Notes under the pieces: model-generated
Told to the model about the DNA's origin: nothing
Database searches by the model: none
Seen by the model: the letters and a program-made list of their open reading frames with translations, nothing else
Origin: Candidatus Pampinifervens sinense
GTDB lineage: Bacteria > Aquificota > Aquificia > Aquificales > Aquificaceae
Assembly (NCBI GenBank): GCA_037927135.1
Contig: JAXSPP010000001.1
Span: forward strand, 128,001-192,000
Direction of reading: 5' to 3'
Length of the DNA stretch: 64,000 bases
Made by a program: the position numbers and the translations under genes
Shown here: one piece after another, positions 39,503-50,622 of the stretch
Numbering within the stretch: the first letter of the stretch is position 1
Layout: the number at the start of each line of letters is the position of its first letter

Positions 39503-40438
39503 TTATATAAACAATGAGCTAATAGATTCACCTTCGTGTGCCCTCCTTATGGCCTCTGCTATAAGCGGTGCAATTGAGACCACCCTTAGCTTTTCAAGCC
39601 CCTTATTCTCTACATTCAATGTATTAGTTACAATCACCTCTTCTATGGGTGATTCTCTCAGCCTTTCTATGGCAGGCCCAGAAAATATTCCATGTGTGGC
39701 AGCCACATATACACTTTTGGCACCTTTTGAGAGGAGCATGTTGGTGGCAGCCACTACAGTACCAGCAGTATCTATAATATCATCAACTATGATAGCCTTC
39801 TTCCCTTTTACATCTCCTATCAGATCCAAAACTTCCGCCACGTTGGGCTCAGGCCTCCTTTTGTAAATTATGGCTATACTGCAACCAAGCTTGTTGGCCA
39901 AAAGCCTAGCCCTTTCTACCCCACCAGCATCTGGAGAGACAACAACCAAATCCCCTTCTATCCTTTCCTTTATATACTCATAGATCACATTTAGCGCGTA
40001 AAGGTTGTCTACTGGTATATTGAAAAAGCCTTGGATCTGTGGAGAGTGAAGATCAACCACTATGAGCCTCTGAGCTCCTGCAACGGTAATAAGATCTGCC
40101 AAAAGCCTTGCGCTTATAGGCACCCTTGGTTTATCCTTTCTGTCCTGCCTGGCATAGGCATAGTAGGGTATTACGGCCGTTATCCTTCCCGCAGAAGCCC
40201 TCTTTAGAGCATCCAATATTAAAAGGAGCTCCATAATGCTATCGTTAACAGGATGTCCAAGGGACTGAATGACAAACACATCCTCGCCTCTCATGGATTC
40301 GTTTATCTTTACCCTGACCTCCCCATCGCTGAATCTACCCACTACTGCATCGGATAATGGTATACCTAGATGTTCTGAAACTTCCTGAGCCAACTTGGGA
40401 TTGCTAGTACCGGTAAGGAGCTTTATAGAGCCAAACAT
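39503..40438 (-). CDS. prs: Ribose-phosphate pyrophosphokinase
   Basis: FSDGE, YARQDRK, VSPDAGG and DDIIDTAGT motifs. Confidence 0.98.
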   Translation of the reverse strand: MFGSIKLLTGTSNPKLAQEVSEHLGIPLSDAVVGRFSDGEVRVKINESMRGEDVFVIQSLGHPVNDSIMELLLILDALKRASAGRITAVIPYYAYARQDRKDKPRVPISARLLADLITVAGAQRLIVVDLHSPQIQGFFNIPVDNLYALNVIYEYIKERIEGDLVVVSPDAGGVERARLLANKLGCSIAIIYKRRPEPNVAEVLDLIGDVKGKKAIIVDDIIDTAGTVVAATNMLLSKGAKSVYVAATHGIFSGPAIERLRESPIEEVIVTNTLNVENKGLEKLRVVSIAPLIAEAIRRAHEGESISSLFI

Positions 40439-40467
40439 TTTTCACCTCATCTTTATTTTGTGGAAAG

Positions 40468-40540
40468 CTGGGGTGCCTGGACTCGAACCAGGAGCCCCCG
40501 GATCCAAAGTCCGGTGCTCTGCCAGTTGAGCTACACCCCA
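40468..40540 (-). tRNA. tRNA-Gln(TTG); CCA not encoded; overlaps the ispE 3' end
   Basis: Acceptor TGGGGTG/CACCCCA, anticodon arm CCGGA-CTTTGGA-TCCGG, T-loop GGTTCGAGTCC. Confidence 0.97.
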
Positions 40541-41340
40541 TAGCTTTCCACTCTATACAATTTCCAATTCCTCAACCTACAAGCAATCTCCACTTCTGGC
40601 AATGGTTCACCCACATAAAATACACAGGAACCACTACCACTTACCAAGGGCCTAAGACCCAAGCTCCTCAAATACCTCAACACCTCACCCACTTCCGGAT
40701 AAAGCTCTCCAGCCAACTCACCCAACCTATTCTCCAACAAGCTAAAATCTCCCGTCTTAAGACTATCTATTATTTTATCACCTTCCAGTCCTCTTGTCAA
40801 CATATCTTCCCTTACCATACTGTATACATAAGCTGTTGAGCACTTAACACCCGGGTATATAAGTGTAAATACCATCCTAGGCAATTCTATTCTCTCAAGC
40901 CTTTCTCCCCTTCCTCTTCCAACGGCAGAACCTCCAAGGAGGAAAAAGGGTGCATCGGAAGACACTTGCAAGGCTATATCTTTTAGAGCCTCCATGCTTA
41001 GAGGATCCCCCAAAAGGCGGTTTATGGCAACCAAGACCGAAGCCACATTAGAAGATCCTCCTCCTAGTCCTGCACCCTCCGGTATCCTTTTATCTATATA
41101 GATGTGAAAGTTTATCTCCTTTCCCATCACCCTTTCCATAAGTCTTATAGCCTTGTATACAAGGTTTTCCTCCATAGGTATACCAGTGCTTGTCTCCACC
41201 TTCAGTGGTCCCTCTTCAATGTATATCTCATCGCAAAGGTCTATGGCATGATAGATGGTAAAGATCTCATGGTAGCCATCTTGCCTTTTGCCCAAAAGCC
41301 ACAAACCTAAGTTTATCTTTGCTGGGGAAAGCAACCTCAT
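40531..41340 (-). CDS. ispE: 4-diphosphocytidyl-2-C-methyl-D-erythritol kinase
   Basis: PAKINL, DGYHEI, IP.GAGLGGGSS and SGSGS motifs. Confidence 0.96.
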   Translation of the reverse strand: MRLLSPAKINLGLWLLGKRQDGYHEIFTIYHAIDLCDEIYIEEGPLKVETSTGIPMEENLVYKAIRLMERVMGKEINFHIYIDKRIPEGAGLGGGSSNVASVLVAINRLLGDPLSMEALKDIALQVSSDAPFFLLGGSAVGRGRGERLERIELPRMVFTLIYPGVKCSTAYVYSMVREDMLTRGLEGDKIIDSLKTGDFSLLENRLGELAGELYPEVGEVLRYLRSLGLRPLVSGSGSCVFYVGEPLPEVEIACRLRNWKLYRVESYGV

Positions 41341-41426
41341 GGTTTATTATTTTAACCCTCACAGTATTATATGTGTAGGACTAATAAAATCTTAGTTTAA
41401 TACACTAAAATTTTTCTACAAACCTC

Positions 41427-41455
41427 TTGACAAAATAGGGGGATGTTAATATAAT
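41427..41455 (+). promoter_or_regulatory. Consensus sigma70 promoter of groESL
   Basis: TTGACA -17 nt- TATAAT. Confidence 0.85.
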
Positions 41456-41488
41456 ATCTAATGGAAAAACCTATAAAGGAGGTGGAAC

Positions 41489-43446
<1,958 letters not shown>

Positions 43447-43455
43447 GAAGCCCCC

Positions 43456-43476
43456 AGGCCCCCTCTGGGGCCTTTT
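43456..43476 (+). terminator. Rho-independent terminator of groESL
   Basis: AGGCCCC-CTCT-GGGGCCT followed by TTT. Confidence 0.75.
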
Positions 43477-43522
43477 ATTGACAATTTTTTTTAAAGGGTT
43501 AAAATATAAGTAAGGATTTACT

Positions 43523-43969
43523 ATGAAAGAGTTGGTTTTATTTTTACACATCCTTTTTGCTACCCTTTGGGTAGGTGGCATGATCTTTTTAGTCTTTGTA
43601 GTGTCTCCCTTTGTAAGAAAACTGCCTATAAGGGATCAGGTCTTTCAAGAGGTGGGAAGACGCTTTAGCTTTTATGGAACCTTCATATCCCTTTTGGCCC
43701 TATTTATCACAGGCCTGATAAACATCCATTACATAGCTGGTCTTTCAAGCCTGTTTGACTTTTCAATCCCCTACACCAAAACTCTGCTTCAAAAGATAGG
43801 GATATTCTTCCTTGTGGTAATAGTTTCCCTTGTGCATGACCTCTACTTTGGGCCAAGGGCTGTATATTCAAGCTTTCACAAGTCTATGGCCAGGCTTTTT
43901 GGTTTTATAAACCTTTTCCTGAGCCTTTTTATAGTTTATTTGGCAGTTAAACTAAGGTTTGGAGGCTAA
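43523..43969 (+). CDS. CopD/DUF4149-like membrane protein
   Basis: LHILFA..WVGGM.F and HD..FGP motifs; 4 TM helices. Confidence 0.75.
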   Translation: MKELVLFLHILFATLWVGGMIFLVFVVSPFVRKLPIRDQVFQEVGRRFSFYGTFISLLALFITGLINIHYIAGLSSLFDFSIPYTKTLLQKIGIFFLVVIVSLVHDLYFGPRAVYSSFHKSMARLFGFINLFLSLFIVYLAVKLRFGG

Positions 43970-43971
43970 AT

Positions 43972-44274
43972 ATGGCACAACTTTTGAAGTTAGAACCAAG
44001 CTTTTCAGATTTTATGCCAGTAAAAAAGGTGTTATGCTCTAAGGAAAACTTAAGGTGCATAGCCTTTTACCTCAAAGCGGGCCAGAAGGTGCCCCTTCAT
44101 ACATCACCCCATAGGGTTATAACCCTTGTGCTTGAGGGTGAAGGAGACTTCTTCGTTGGAAGTGAAGAAAAAAGAGAGAGACTTAAAAAGGGAGAGGCAC
44201 TTCTTTATGAGCCTTCAGAGCCACATGGCTTTGTTGCCGTGCAAGATATGACAGTATTAGCCTTTGTAGTGTGA
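43972..44274 (+). CDS. Cupin domain protein
   Basis: GQKVPLHT...VLEGEG and P.EPHG motifs. Confidence 0.88.
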   Translation: MAQLLKLEPSFSDFMPVKKVLCSKENLRCIAFYLKAGQKVPLHTSPHRVITLVLEGEGDFFVGSEEKRERLKKGEALLYEPSEPHGFVAVQDMTVLAFVV

Positions 44275-45416
44275 TGTTCTACGTATCCAAGGTAAGCATC
44301 CCCTTCTTCTTCCTTGCTGTCTTGGATCTAATTTATTCCCTTTTCCTTAGAACCTTTACGGTGGATGTCAAAAGCTTATGGACCGTTGCAGTCTTTGGCT
44401 TTGTAGCACACACCATAATGGGGGCAATGTATCAAATAGTGCCCAACTCACAAAACAGGCCCTTAAAACTTCCTTTTCTTTCTTATGTAGTCTTTGTCTT
44501 GAGCCTTGCCTCTTCTGTAGCCTTTTACAGCTCTAACCACCTTATTGGTAGCCTTATTCACCTTGTCTCCTGTCTTATTTTCTTTCTCCATGTGCTATCT
44601 TCTATGAGGAACTTTCAGCCCATAACTGTAAAGTTTTTAACCTTGGGAAGCCTATACTTTCTTTTGTCTGGCATATTTTTAGTCCTCTCAGAGCTTGGTT
44701 ATATTCCCTTTGCCTTGGCCGTTCACACCTTAACGGTGGGCTTTATGCTAAAGGTGGTGGTCGGTGTGGAGCTTGCCTGGATTCCTATGCTTTACATGGA
44801 GCCACTTAACCTAACGCTGAGTAAAAGGCTCTTCTACCTTGGCCTTTTTACCACACCACCTTTTCTTATAAGCTTTTACCTTTATTCTTACAAGATCATA
44901 GCCCTTATGAGCTTCTTTGTTTTAGTCTTTGTAGGCTACTATCTTTACCTCATCTACTCCCTCTTTGCCAAAAGGCGCACACCAAAGGAGATCCCTTACG
45001 TTATAAAATACCTCTTGCTTGCCCTCTTTATCCTTCCCTTTGGTTTGTTAATAGGCTCTTTTATGGCTGGGAAAGAACTGGTTTCTCACATGGTTTTTCT
45101 ACACTTTGACCTGCTTATCTACGGCTTTACAGCCATTACCATAATGGGTGGTATGTCCCACCTTTATCCAAGGATAGTTTACAACATGAGGTTTTCCAAA
45201 AAAGAAGGCGTTTATATCTCGGACCTAGTGGATGAAAAGGCCATAAAGAGAATTTTGCCACTTACTGTGGTAGCTTTGGCTTGGATGGTCTTTGCAGAAG
45301 CTCAAGGCAGACCACTATCCTATCTGGCAACCATCCCTTACCTTATCCTATGGCTCTACTTTTCTTATGCTGTGCTTATAAGAGGGCTTTTGTTTAGGCC
45401 AAAGCTATCTTCCTGA
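44274..45416 (+). CDS. Polytopic membrane protein with conserved His (NnrS/heme-copper-oxidase-like repeats)
   Basis: About 12 TM helices; repeated H....GF....IMG.M...P units. Confidence 0.6.
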   Translation: MFYVSKVSIPFFFLAVLDLIYSLFLRTFTVDVKSLWTVAVFGFVAHTIMGAMYQIVPNSQNRPLKLPFLSYVVFVLSLASSVAFYSSNHLIGSLIHLVSCLIFFLHVLSSMRNFQPITVKFLTLGSLYFLLSGIFLVLSELGYIPFALAVHTLTVGFMLKVVVGVELAWIPMLYMEPLNLTLSKRLFYLGLFTTPPFLISFYLYSYKIIALMSFFVLVFVGYYLYLIYSLFAKRRTPKEIPYVIKYLLLALFILPFGLLIGSFMAGKELVSHMVFLHFDLLIYGFTAITIMGGMSHLYPRIVYNMRFSKKEGVYISDLVDEKAIKRILPLTVVALAWMVFAEAQGRPLSYLATIPYLILWLYFSYAVLIRGLLFRPKLSS

Positions 45417-47454
45417 GGTTTTCCACCATCTCTTCCGTTGTGCTACCAAGATAGACAAAACCGTTCTTCATAGCGCAACCTTTTTCCCTACAAAGGCCTC
45501 CAAGGGATACAAGCTCATCCATCCTCTTTACAACCTTGGTGGATGGAATATAAATAGCGGTTCCGTCGGTGTAAAAATCTTGGCTTTTGAGCTCAAGCTC
45601 TACAGTGTCAGCCTTCACTATCAAACTACTGTAGGCTCTTCCCACATAGACCTCCACATCTTCATAATTAGAAAGGCCTTCGTATATAGCCTTTATTGGA
45701 TTTTCTGCAAGCTCAAACTTTACATAATCTTTAACCGTATAGCACTCATTGAAAAGAGCGTAAGGACATACCTCAGCACAGTACTTATGGTCTATGCTTT
45801 TAAACAGATAGCCTAAGGCATAACCTTTAGAAGGTAAGATGTTATCTTTGCCAAGCTCTTCCAAAAAGCCAGAACGAATCATGGCCTCTTTTACAGGTGC
45901 CTTTACATTCACAAAAACAAGGTTTACACCTACGTTCTTAAGGTCCTCATGGAAATCATGTAAGGCCTCAAGGGCAGTCCCATCCACATAGTTTATAGAT
46001 TCACCGTCTATCACCAGATGCTTCAAAGCAGGCTTTCCTTTAACAATATCTTTTATCTCTTCTAGTATGTTCTCCACGTTGGCGTAGTATAAAGAGGCCT
46101 CAGGCCTTATCATCTCAATCTGGGGACAGGTGGGCAAGTTGTTTGCCTCTGCGTTCACAAAGGTGCCACTAATGGGGTCCCTGGACATTCTCACTATTCT
46201 AGGATGAAGGCTTCTCCAAAGGAATAGAGACAAAGATAAGAAAACACCTATTAGTATGGCATAGTCTGGCTTCATTATGAAAGAGAGGGCAAAGGTAGTT
46301 ATGGCGGATATGCCATCATACCTGTTAGTTTTCCACAGGTGAATAAAATAATGTGGTCTTATAAGGCTTAAAACTGCTGTTATCACTATGGCGGAAAGGA
46401 CTGGCCTTGGAAGGTAGTAAAGGAGTGGAGCCACAAACAGGAGGGTAGCTATCACAAAACAGGCGCTTATTATGTTGGACATGCCCGTCTTTGCACCAGC
46501 TTGGAAGTTGACAGCAGAACGGGAAAAGGAACCACTAACCGGATAGCTTTTAAAGAAGGATCCTACCACGTTGGCAAGGCCTTGTCCTATAAGTTCTTGG
46601 TTTACATCAAGCTTTTGCTTTGTTTGGCTTGCTATAAACTTTGCTATAGCGTAGGCCTCCATAAAGCCCACAAGGGCTATGATAAAAGCCTTACCAAGAA
46701 GCCTATCCAAAAGGTCAAGGTCTATATAGGGTATGGAGGGGAAAGGAAGCCCTTGTGGAATATTCCCTACAACCTTTATGCCATAGCTTTCAAAGGAGAA
46801 GTAATAAGAAAGGATCGTAAAGATGATAACGGCCACTAAAGCGGAGGGAATATTTTTGTTTATTCTTCTTAGGCCAATTATTATAGCTATGGAGGCAAGG
46901 CCTACCGCAAGGGTGTAAAGGTTGGTCTTTGGGAGGTTTATGGCTATCTCATAAAGATTTTGAAAGATTAGCTCCTTTTGTTCCACCTTTATACCAAGTA
47001 GGGCTGGGATCTGAGTGGTTATTATGATTATGGCCGCAGCGTTGGTAAAGCCCATGATGACCGAATGGGAAACAAAGTTAACTATAAAGCCCAGCCTAAA
47101 GAGTCCCATGAATAGCTGTATTAGACCTACCAAAAGGGCCATAAGGATTGCAAGTTCAATAAACTTCTCTTCTCCGGGCTTGGCGTAGCTTGTAAGGGAT
47201 GTAAAGGTAAGGAAGGACACTATGGCTACAGGGCCTGTTGCAAGCTGTGGAGAGCTACCAAAGAGGGCAGCTATTATCACAGGGATGGAGGCAGCATACA
47301 AACCATACACGGGAGGAAGCCCTGCAATAAGAGCATAGGCCATGGATTGGGGCACAAGAACTACAGCTACCGTAAGACCTGCAGTAAGGTCTTGTATAAA
47401 AACCTTTCTGTTGTAGTTTTTAAACCATGTTAAGAAAGGCAGAAACTTATCCAT
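45394..47454 (-). CDS. SulP/SLC26 anion transporter with STAS domain and C-terminal extension
   Basis: DLTAGLTV...PQSMAYA, GPVA and SGSFSRSA motifs, STAS domain; AAGGGG precedes ATG 47454. Confidence 0.95.
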   Translation of the reverse strand: MDKFLPFLTWFKNYNRKVFIQDLTAGLTVAVVLVPQSMAYALIAGLPPVYGLYAASIPVIIAALFGSSPQLATGPVAIVSFLTFTSLTSYAKPGEEKFIELAILMALLVGLIQLFMGLFRLGFIVNFVSHSVIMGFTNAAAIIIITTQIPALLGIKVEQKELIFQNLYEIAINLPKTNLYTLAVGLASIAIIIGLRRINKNIPSALVAVIIFTILSYYFSFESYGIKVVGNIPQGLPFPSIPYIDLDLLDRLLGKAFIIALVGFMEAYAIAKFIASQTKQKLDVNQELIGQGLANVVGSFFKSYPVSGSFSRSAVNFQAGAKTGMSNIISACFVIATLLFVAPLLYYLPRPVLSAIVITAVLSLIRPHYFIHLWKTNRYDGISAITTFALSFIMKPDYAILIGVFLSLSLFLWRSLHPRIVRMSRDPISGTFVNAEANNLPTCPQIEMIRPEASLYYANVENILEEIKDIVKGKPALKHLVIDGESINYVDGTALEALHDFHEDLKNVGVNLVFVNVKAPVKEAMIRSGFLEELGKDNILPSKGYALGYLFKSIDHKYCAEVCPYALFNECYTVKDYVKFELAENPIKAIYEGLSNYEDVEVYVGRAYSSLIVKADTVELELKSQDFYTDGTAIYIPSTKVVKRMDELVSLGGLCREKGCAMKNGFVYLGSTTEEMVENLRKIALA

Positions 47455-47497
47455 CCCCTTATGGTGAAATTTTAACATGACTTATATCAAACATAGA

Positions 47498-47526
47498 TTG
47501 ACAAGATTTCGTCCATAATCTATAAT
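47498..47526 (+). promoter_or_regulatory. Consensus sigma70 promoter for the regulator-modABC operon
   Basis: TTGACA -17 nt- TATAAT, ending 9 nt before ATG 47536. Confidence 0.85.
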
Positions 47527-47535
47527 AAATTGACA

Positions 47536-48519
47536 ATGAACAGGGTAAAGGAATATAGACAAAGGCTTGGCCTATCTCAAGAAGAGCTTTCAAAGATAAC
47601 GGGCATACCAAGGACCACCATAAGCTCCATAGAGTCGGGCAATGTTATACCTTCTGTAGATTACGCAATTAGATTGGCAAGGGCCTTGGGCTGTAGCGTG
47701 GAAGAACTGTTTTCACAAGAGGAATGCAAGTTTTTCCCCGGCTTTAAAGAGGGCCTATTTATAAGCTATCTGGTGGGGTCTCAGAGAGTTATGGCACCGG
47801 CACCTATGGAACATGTGGATGCGGATGGCTTTTATAAAGATGAAAAAATAAGCTGGTTTAAAAGGCTAAACATTCCCACCCTTGCCTTTGCCGGATGCGA
47901 CAACTCTTTAAAGCTTTTGACTGGAACACTACTCCAAGAGGGTATAAGGCTTCTTACAATAAATGCTTCAAGCCTTAAGGCCCTTGAGCTTTTGAAGGAA
48001 GGCTATGTGCATATGGCTGGCTTGCATATGGGATGCTTTGAGGAGAACTACAGGCTTGTAAAAGAACATCTCGGAAGGGGCTACAAAGTCCTAAAGGTCT
48101 TCTCCTGGGAGGAGGGCATTCTAACAAGGGAAATGGCAAGCCTAAAGGAGCTAAAAAAGAGGCTTTGGCTTGCAAGGGAGGAAGGAAGCGGTGCAAGGAA
48201 GGTCTTTGAGGAGATAAGAGAGGATATTGGTATTAAAAAATACAAGGTGGTTCATGCGGACCATGAGAAAGTGGCCTTTGCCATAAAGGAAGGCTTGGCG
48301 GAGGCGGGTGTGGCCACAAAAGCCTACGCATACAGTTATGGACTGGAGTTTTTCAGTGTAAAGACGGAAGACTATTGCCTTTGCTACAGGGAAGATTTAG
48401 AAGAGGATAAAAGCTTTCTTAGGCTTTTGAATCTATTGAAGTCAAAAACATACAGAAACCTTATCTCCCAAGTGCCAGGCTATAGGCCAGAAGTTGGTGT
48501 GGAGGAAGCCCTAACATGA
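47536..48519 (+). CDS. XRE-HTH + periplasmic-binding-fold (molybdate-sensing type) regulator
   Basis: N-terminal LSQEELS...IE.G..PSV..A..LA HTH; AGCD, H.AG.H and RE.GSGAR motifs of the PBP domain; first gene before modABC. Confidence 0.88.
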   Translation: MNRVKEYRQRLGLSQEELSKITGIPRTTISSIESGNVIPSVDYAIRLARALGCSVEELFSQEECKFFPGFKEGLFISYLVGSQRVMAPAPMEHVDADGFYKDEKISWFKRLNIPTLAFAGCDNSLKLLTGTLLQEGIRLLTINASSLKALELLKEGYVHMAGLHMGCFEENYRLVKEHLGRGYKVLKVFSWEEGILTREMASLKELKKRLWLAREEGSGARKVFEEIREDIGIKKYKVVHADHEKVAFAIKEGLAEAGVATKAYAYSYGLEFFSVKTEDYCLCYREDLEEDKSFLRLLNLLKSKTYRNLISQVPGYRPEVGVEEALT

Positions 48520-49271
48520 GGTTGCTTATACTTTTTCTTTTTGTTTTCTTTGGCCTTGTCAAGGCAGAGGTCATAAGGGTTTTTGCCGCCGCCGACCTTC
48601 AGTTTGCTCTAAGAGAGCTGGCGGACATTTACATGAAAAAATATCCAGAAGACAAAATAGAGCTTATCTTTGGCTCATCGGGTAAGGGCTTTGCCCAGAT
48701 AAAAGCTGGAGCGCCCTACCACATATTCTTCTCCGCAGACATGAAGTATGTAGAAGAACTATACAGAGAAGGCTATGCCATCACAAAGCCAAAGCCTTAC
48801 GCCATAGGGAGGATAGTGCTTTGGACAAGGAAGGATTCGGGCCTTGACCCTTCCAAGTTCCCAGAGGTTTTACTTGACCCAAGGGTAAAAAGGATAGCCA
48901 TAGCCAACTGGGAGCATGCACCCTACGGGAGGGCTTCAAAGGAGATCCTTGAGGCCTACGGTGTTTTTCAAAAGGTTAAAGATAAGCTTGTAATAGGCGA
49001 AAACATAGCCCAGACTGCCAGCTATATTAGGTCCGGTGCGGCAGACCTTGGCTTTATAGCCCTTTCCTTGGCAAAGGCCCCAGAGCTTGAAAGGGTAGGA
49101 AGATACTGGCTGGTGCCAGAGGACAAACATGAAAGGATACTTCAAGGTTATGTGATCACAAAGGAAGGTCAAAAGGTTGTAGGTGCGCGAAGGTTTTATG
49201 AGTTTGTAGCCTCTACGGAAGCGAGGAAGGTCTTTGTAAAGTATGGCTTTTTACTTCCGGGAGATAGATGA
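48516..49271 (+). CDS. modA: Molybdate ABC transporter substrate-binding protein
   Basis: FAAADL, GSSG, GAP...F.SA, APYG and GENI motifs. Confidence 0.95.
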   Translation: MRLLILFLFVFFGLVKAEVIRVFAAADLQFALRELADIYMKKYPEDKIELIFGSSGKGFAQIKAGAPYHIFFSADMKYVEELYREGYAITKPKPYAIGRIVLWTRKDSGLDPSKFPEVLLDPRVKRIAIANWEHAPYGRASKEILEAYGVFQKVKDKLVIGENIAQTASYIRSGAADLGFIALSLAKAPELERVGRYWLVPEDKHERILQGYVITKEGQKVVGARRFYEFVASTEARKVFVKYGFLLPGDR

Positions 49272-49930
49272 TGGACCTTGGGCCCTTTTGGCTGACGGTA
49301 AAGCTTTCCCTTATCACCTCCTTTATCCTTCTTATTGTAGGCATTCCTCTTGCCTACTACATGGCCTACTCCAAAAGCCCCCTTGCCCTTGTGCTGGAGG
49401 TTATTACCACCTTGCCCCTTGTTTTGCCACCCACCGTGCTTGGCTTTTACCTTTTAATCCTTTTTTCAAAAAATGGCCCCTTGGGCGCCCTTTGGGAGAG
49501 GCTTTTGGGCTACCAGCTTGTCTTTACCTTTGAAGGCCTCGTTATAGCCTCCGTTATATACAGCCTTCCCATGATGACCCATCCCTTGATTTCTGGCTAC
49601 AGGAGCGTTCCCAAAAGTCTGATAGAGGCAAGTTGGACCTTGGGAAAGTCCAAGCTTGAAACCCTTTTTAGAGTTATCCTGCCCAACATGAAGGCTTCCA
49701 TACTTGTGGGCTTTGTGCTTTCCTTTGCCCACACCTTGGGAGAGTTTGGCGTGGTGCTTATGGTAGGTGGAAACATAGAGGGCAAAACGAGGGTGGCCTC
49801 CATAGTCATATACAATGCGGTAGAATCCATAGACTACGTCACAGCCCACCTATATTCTCTTTTACTTCTTTCCTTGTCCTTCCTTAGCCTATTGGCCCTT
49901 TACATGATAAACAGGAGGTGGGTCCTTTGA
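49268..49930 (+). CDS. modB: Molybdate ABC transporter permease
   Basis: LPLVLPPTVLGF and FAHTLGEFG motifs. Confidence 0.95.
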   Translation: MMDLGPFWLTVKLSLITSFILLIVGIPLAYYMAYSKSPLALVLEVITTLPLVLPPTVLGFYLLILFSKNGPLGALWERLLGYQLVFTFEGLVIASVIYSLPMMTHPLISGYRSVPKSLIEASWTLGKSKLETLFRVILPNMKASILVGFVLSFAHTLGEFGVVLMVGGNIEGKTRVASIVIYNAVESIDYVTAHLYSLLLLSLSFLSLLALYMINRRWVL

Positions 49931-50598
49931 TAATCATAAAGGTCAAAAAGAGGCTTCACGGAGCTGAAGGAGACTTTTGGCTTGATGTAGAGCTTGAGCT
50001 AAGGGATGGTGAGTTTTTGGTGCTTTTTGGGCCATCGGGCAGTGGAAAAACAACTCTTTTGAGATGTGTAGCTGGCTTGGAAAGGCCTGAAGAAGGATAC
50101 ATTGAAGTGAATGGAGAGGTTTGGTTTGATTCAAAGAGGGGAATAAACCTTCCACCACAGAAGAGGCATGTGGGCTTTGTATTCCAGGATTATGCCCTAT
50201 TTCCAAACATGAGCCTTTTGGAAAATGTGATGTATGGGATGAAAATAGAAGATAAAGAAAAGGCTCTTGAGCTTTTGAGAAAGGTAAGGCTTGAGGGCCT
50301 AAAGGACAAAAGGCCCAATCAAATATCTGGAGGGCAAAGGCAAAGGGTGGCCCTAATAAGGGCCCTTGCAAGGGAGCCTAAGGTGCTTCTCTTGGATGAA
50401 CCTCTATCGGCCCTTGATGAAGAGCTAAGGGCAGAACTTCAAGAGGAGCTAAAAAGCTTTCAAAGGAGCTATAACATTCCAACCCTTATGGTGACCCATC
50501 ACAAGGAAGAGGCCCTGAGGCTTGCAGACAGGATAGTAAGGATAAAGGAAGGAAGGGTGGTAGAAATCATTAACCAAATTTTAACAAACTCCACTTAA
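49927..50598 (+). CDS. modC: Molybdate ABC transporter ATP-binding protein
   Basis: GPSGSGKT, SGGQRQR and LLDEP motifs; TTG 49927 follows AGGAGG. Confidence 0.93.
   Translation: MIIIKVKKRLHGAEGDFWLDVELELRDGEFLVLFGPSGSGKTTLLRCVAGLERPEEGYIEVNGEVWFDSKRGINLPPQKRHVGFVFQDYALFPNMSLLENVMYGMKIEDKEKALELLRKVRLEGLKDKRPNQISGGQRQRVALIRALAREPKVLLLDEPLSALDEELRAELQEELKSFQRSYNIPTLMVTHHKEEALRLADRIVRIKEGRVVEIINQILTNST
50570..50586 (+). promoter_or_regulatory. Putative Pho box upstream of phoU
   Basis: TTAACC-AAATT-TTAACA direct repeat with 11-bp period. Confidence 0.6.
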
Positions 50599-50622
50599 AA
50601 TACTATATTCAGGAGGAAGAGT

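Noticed and set aside
41445-41455. TGTTAATATAA half-site identical to the dif-like arm, upstream of groES
   Set aside because: Only one arm is present and it coincides with the promoter spacer and -10 box; likely chance.
47477-47490. FNR/DNR-like box ATGAC-TTAT-ATCAA upstream of sulP (a similar weak one near 6210)
   Set aside because: It is an imperfect match in AT-rich DNA and not at a typical activating position.
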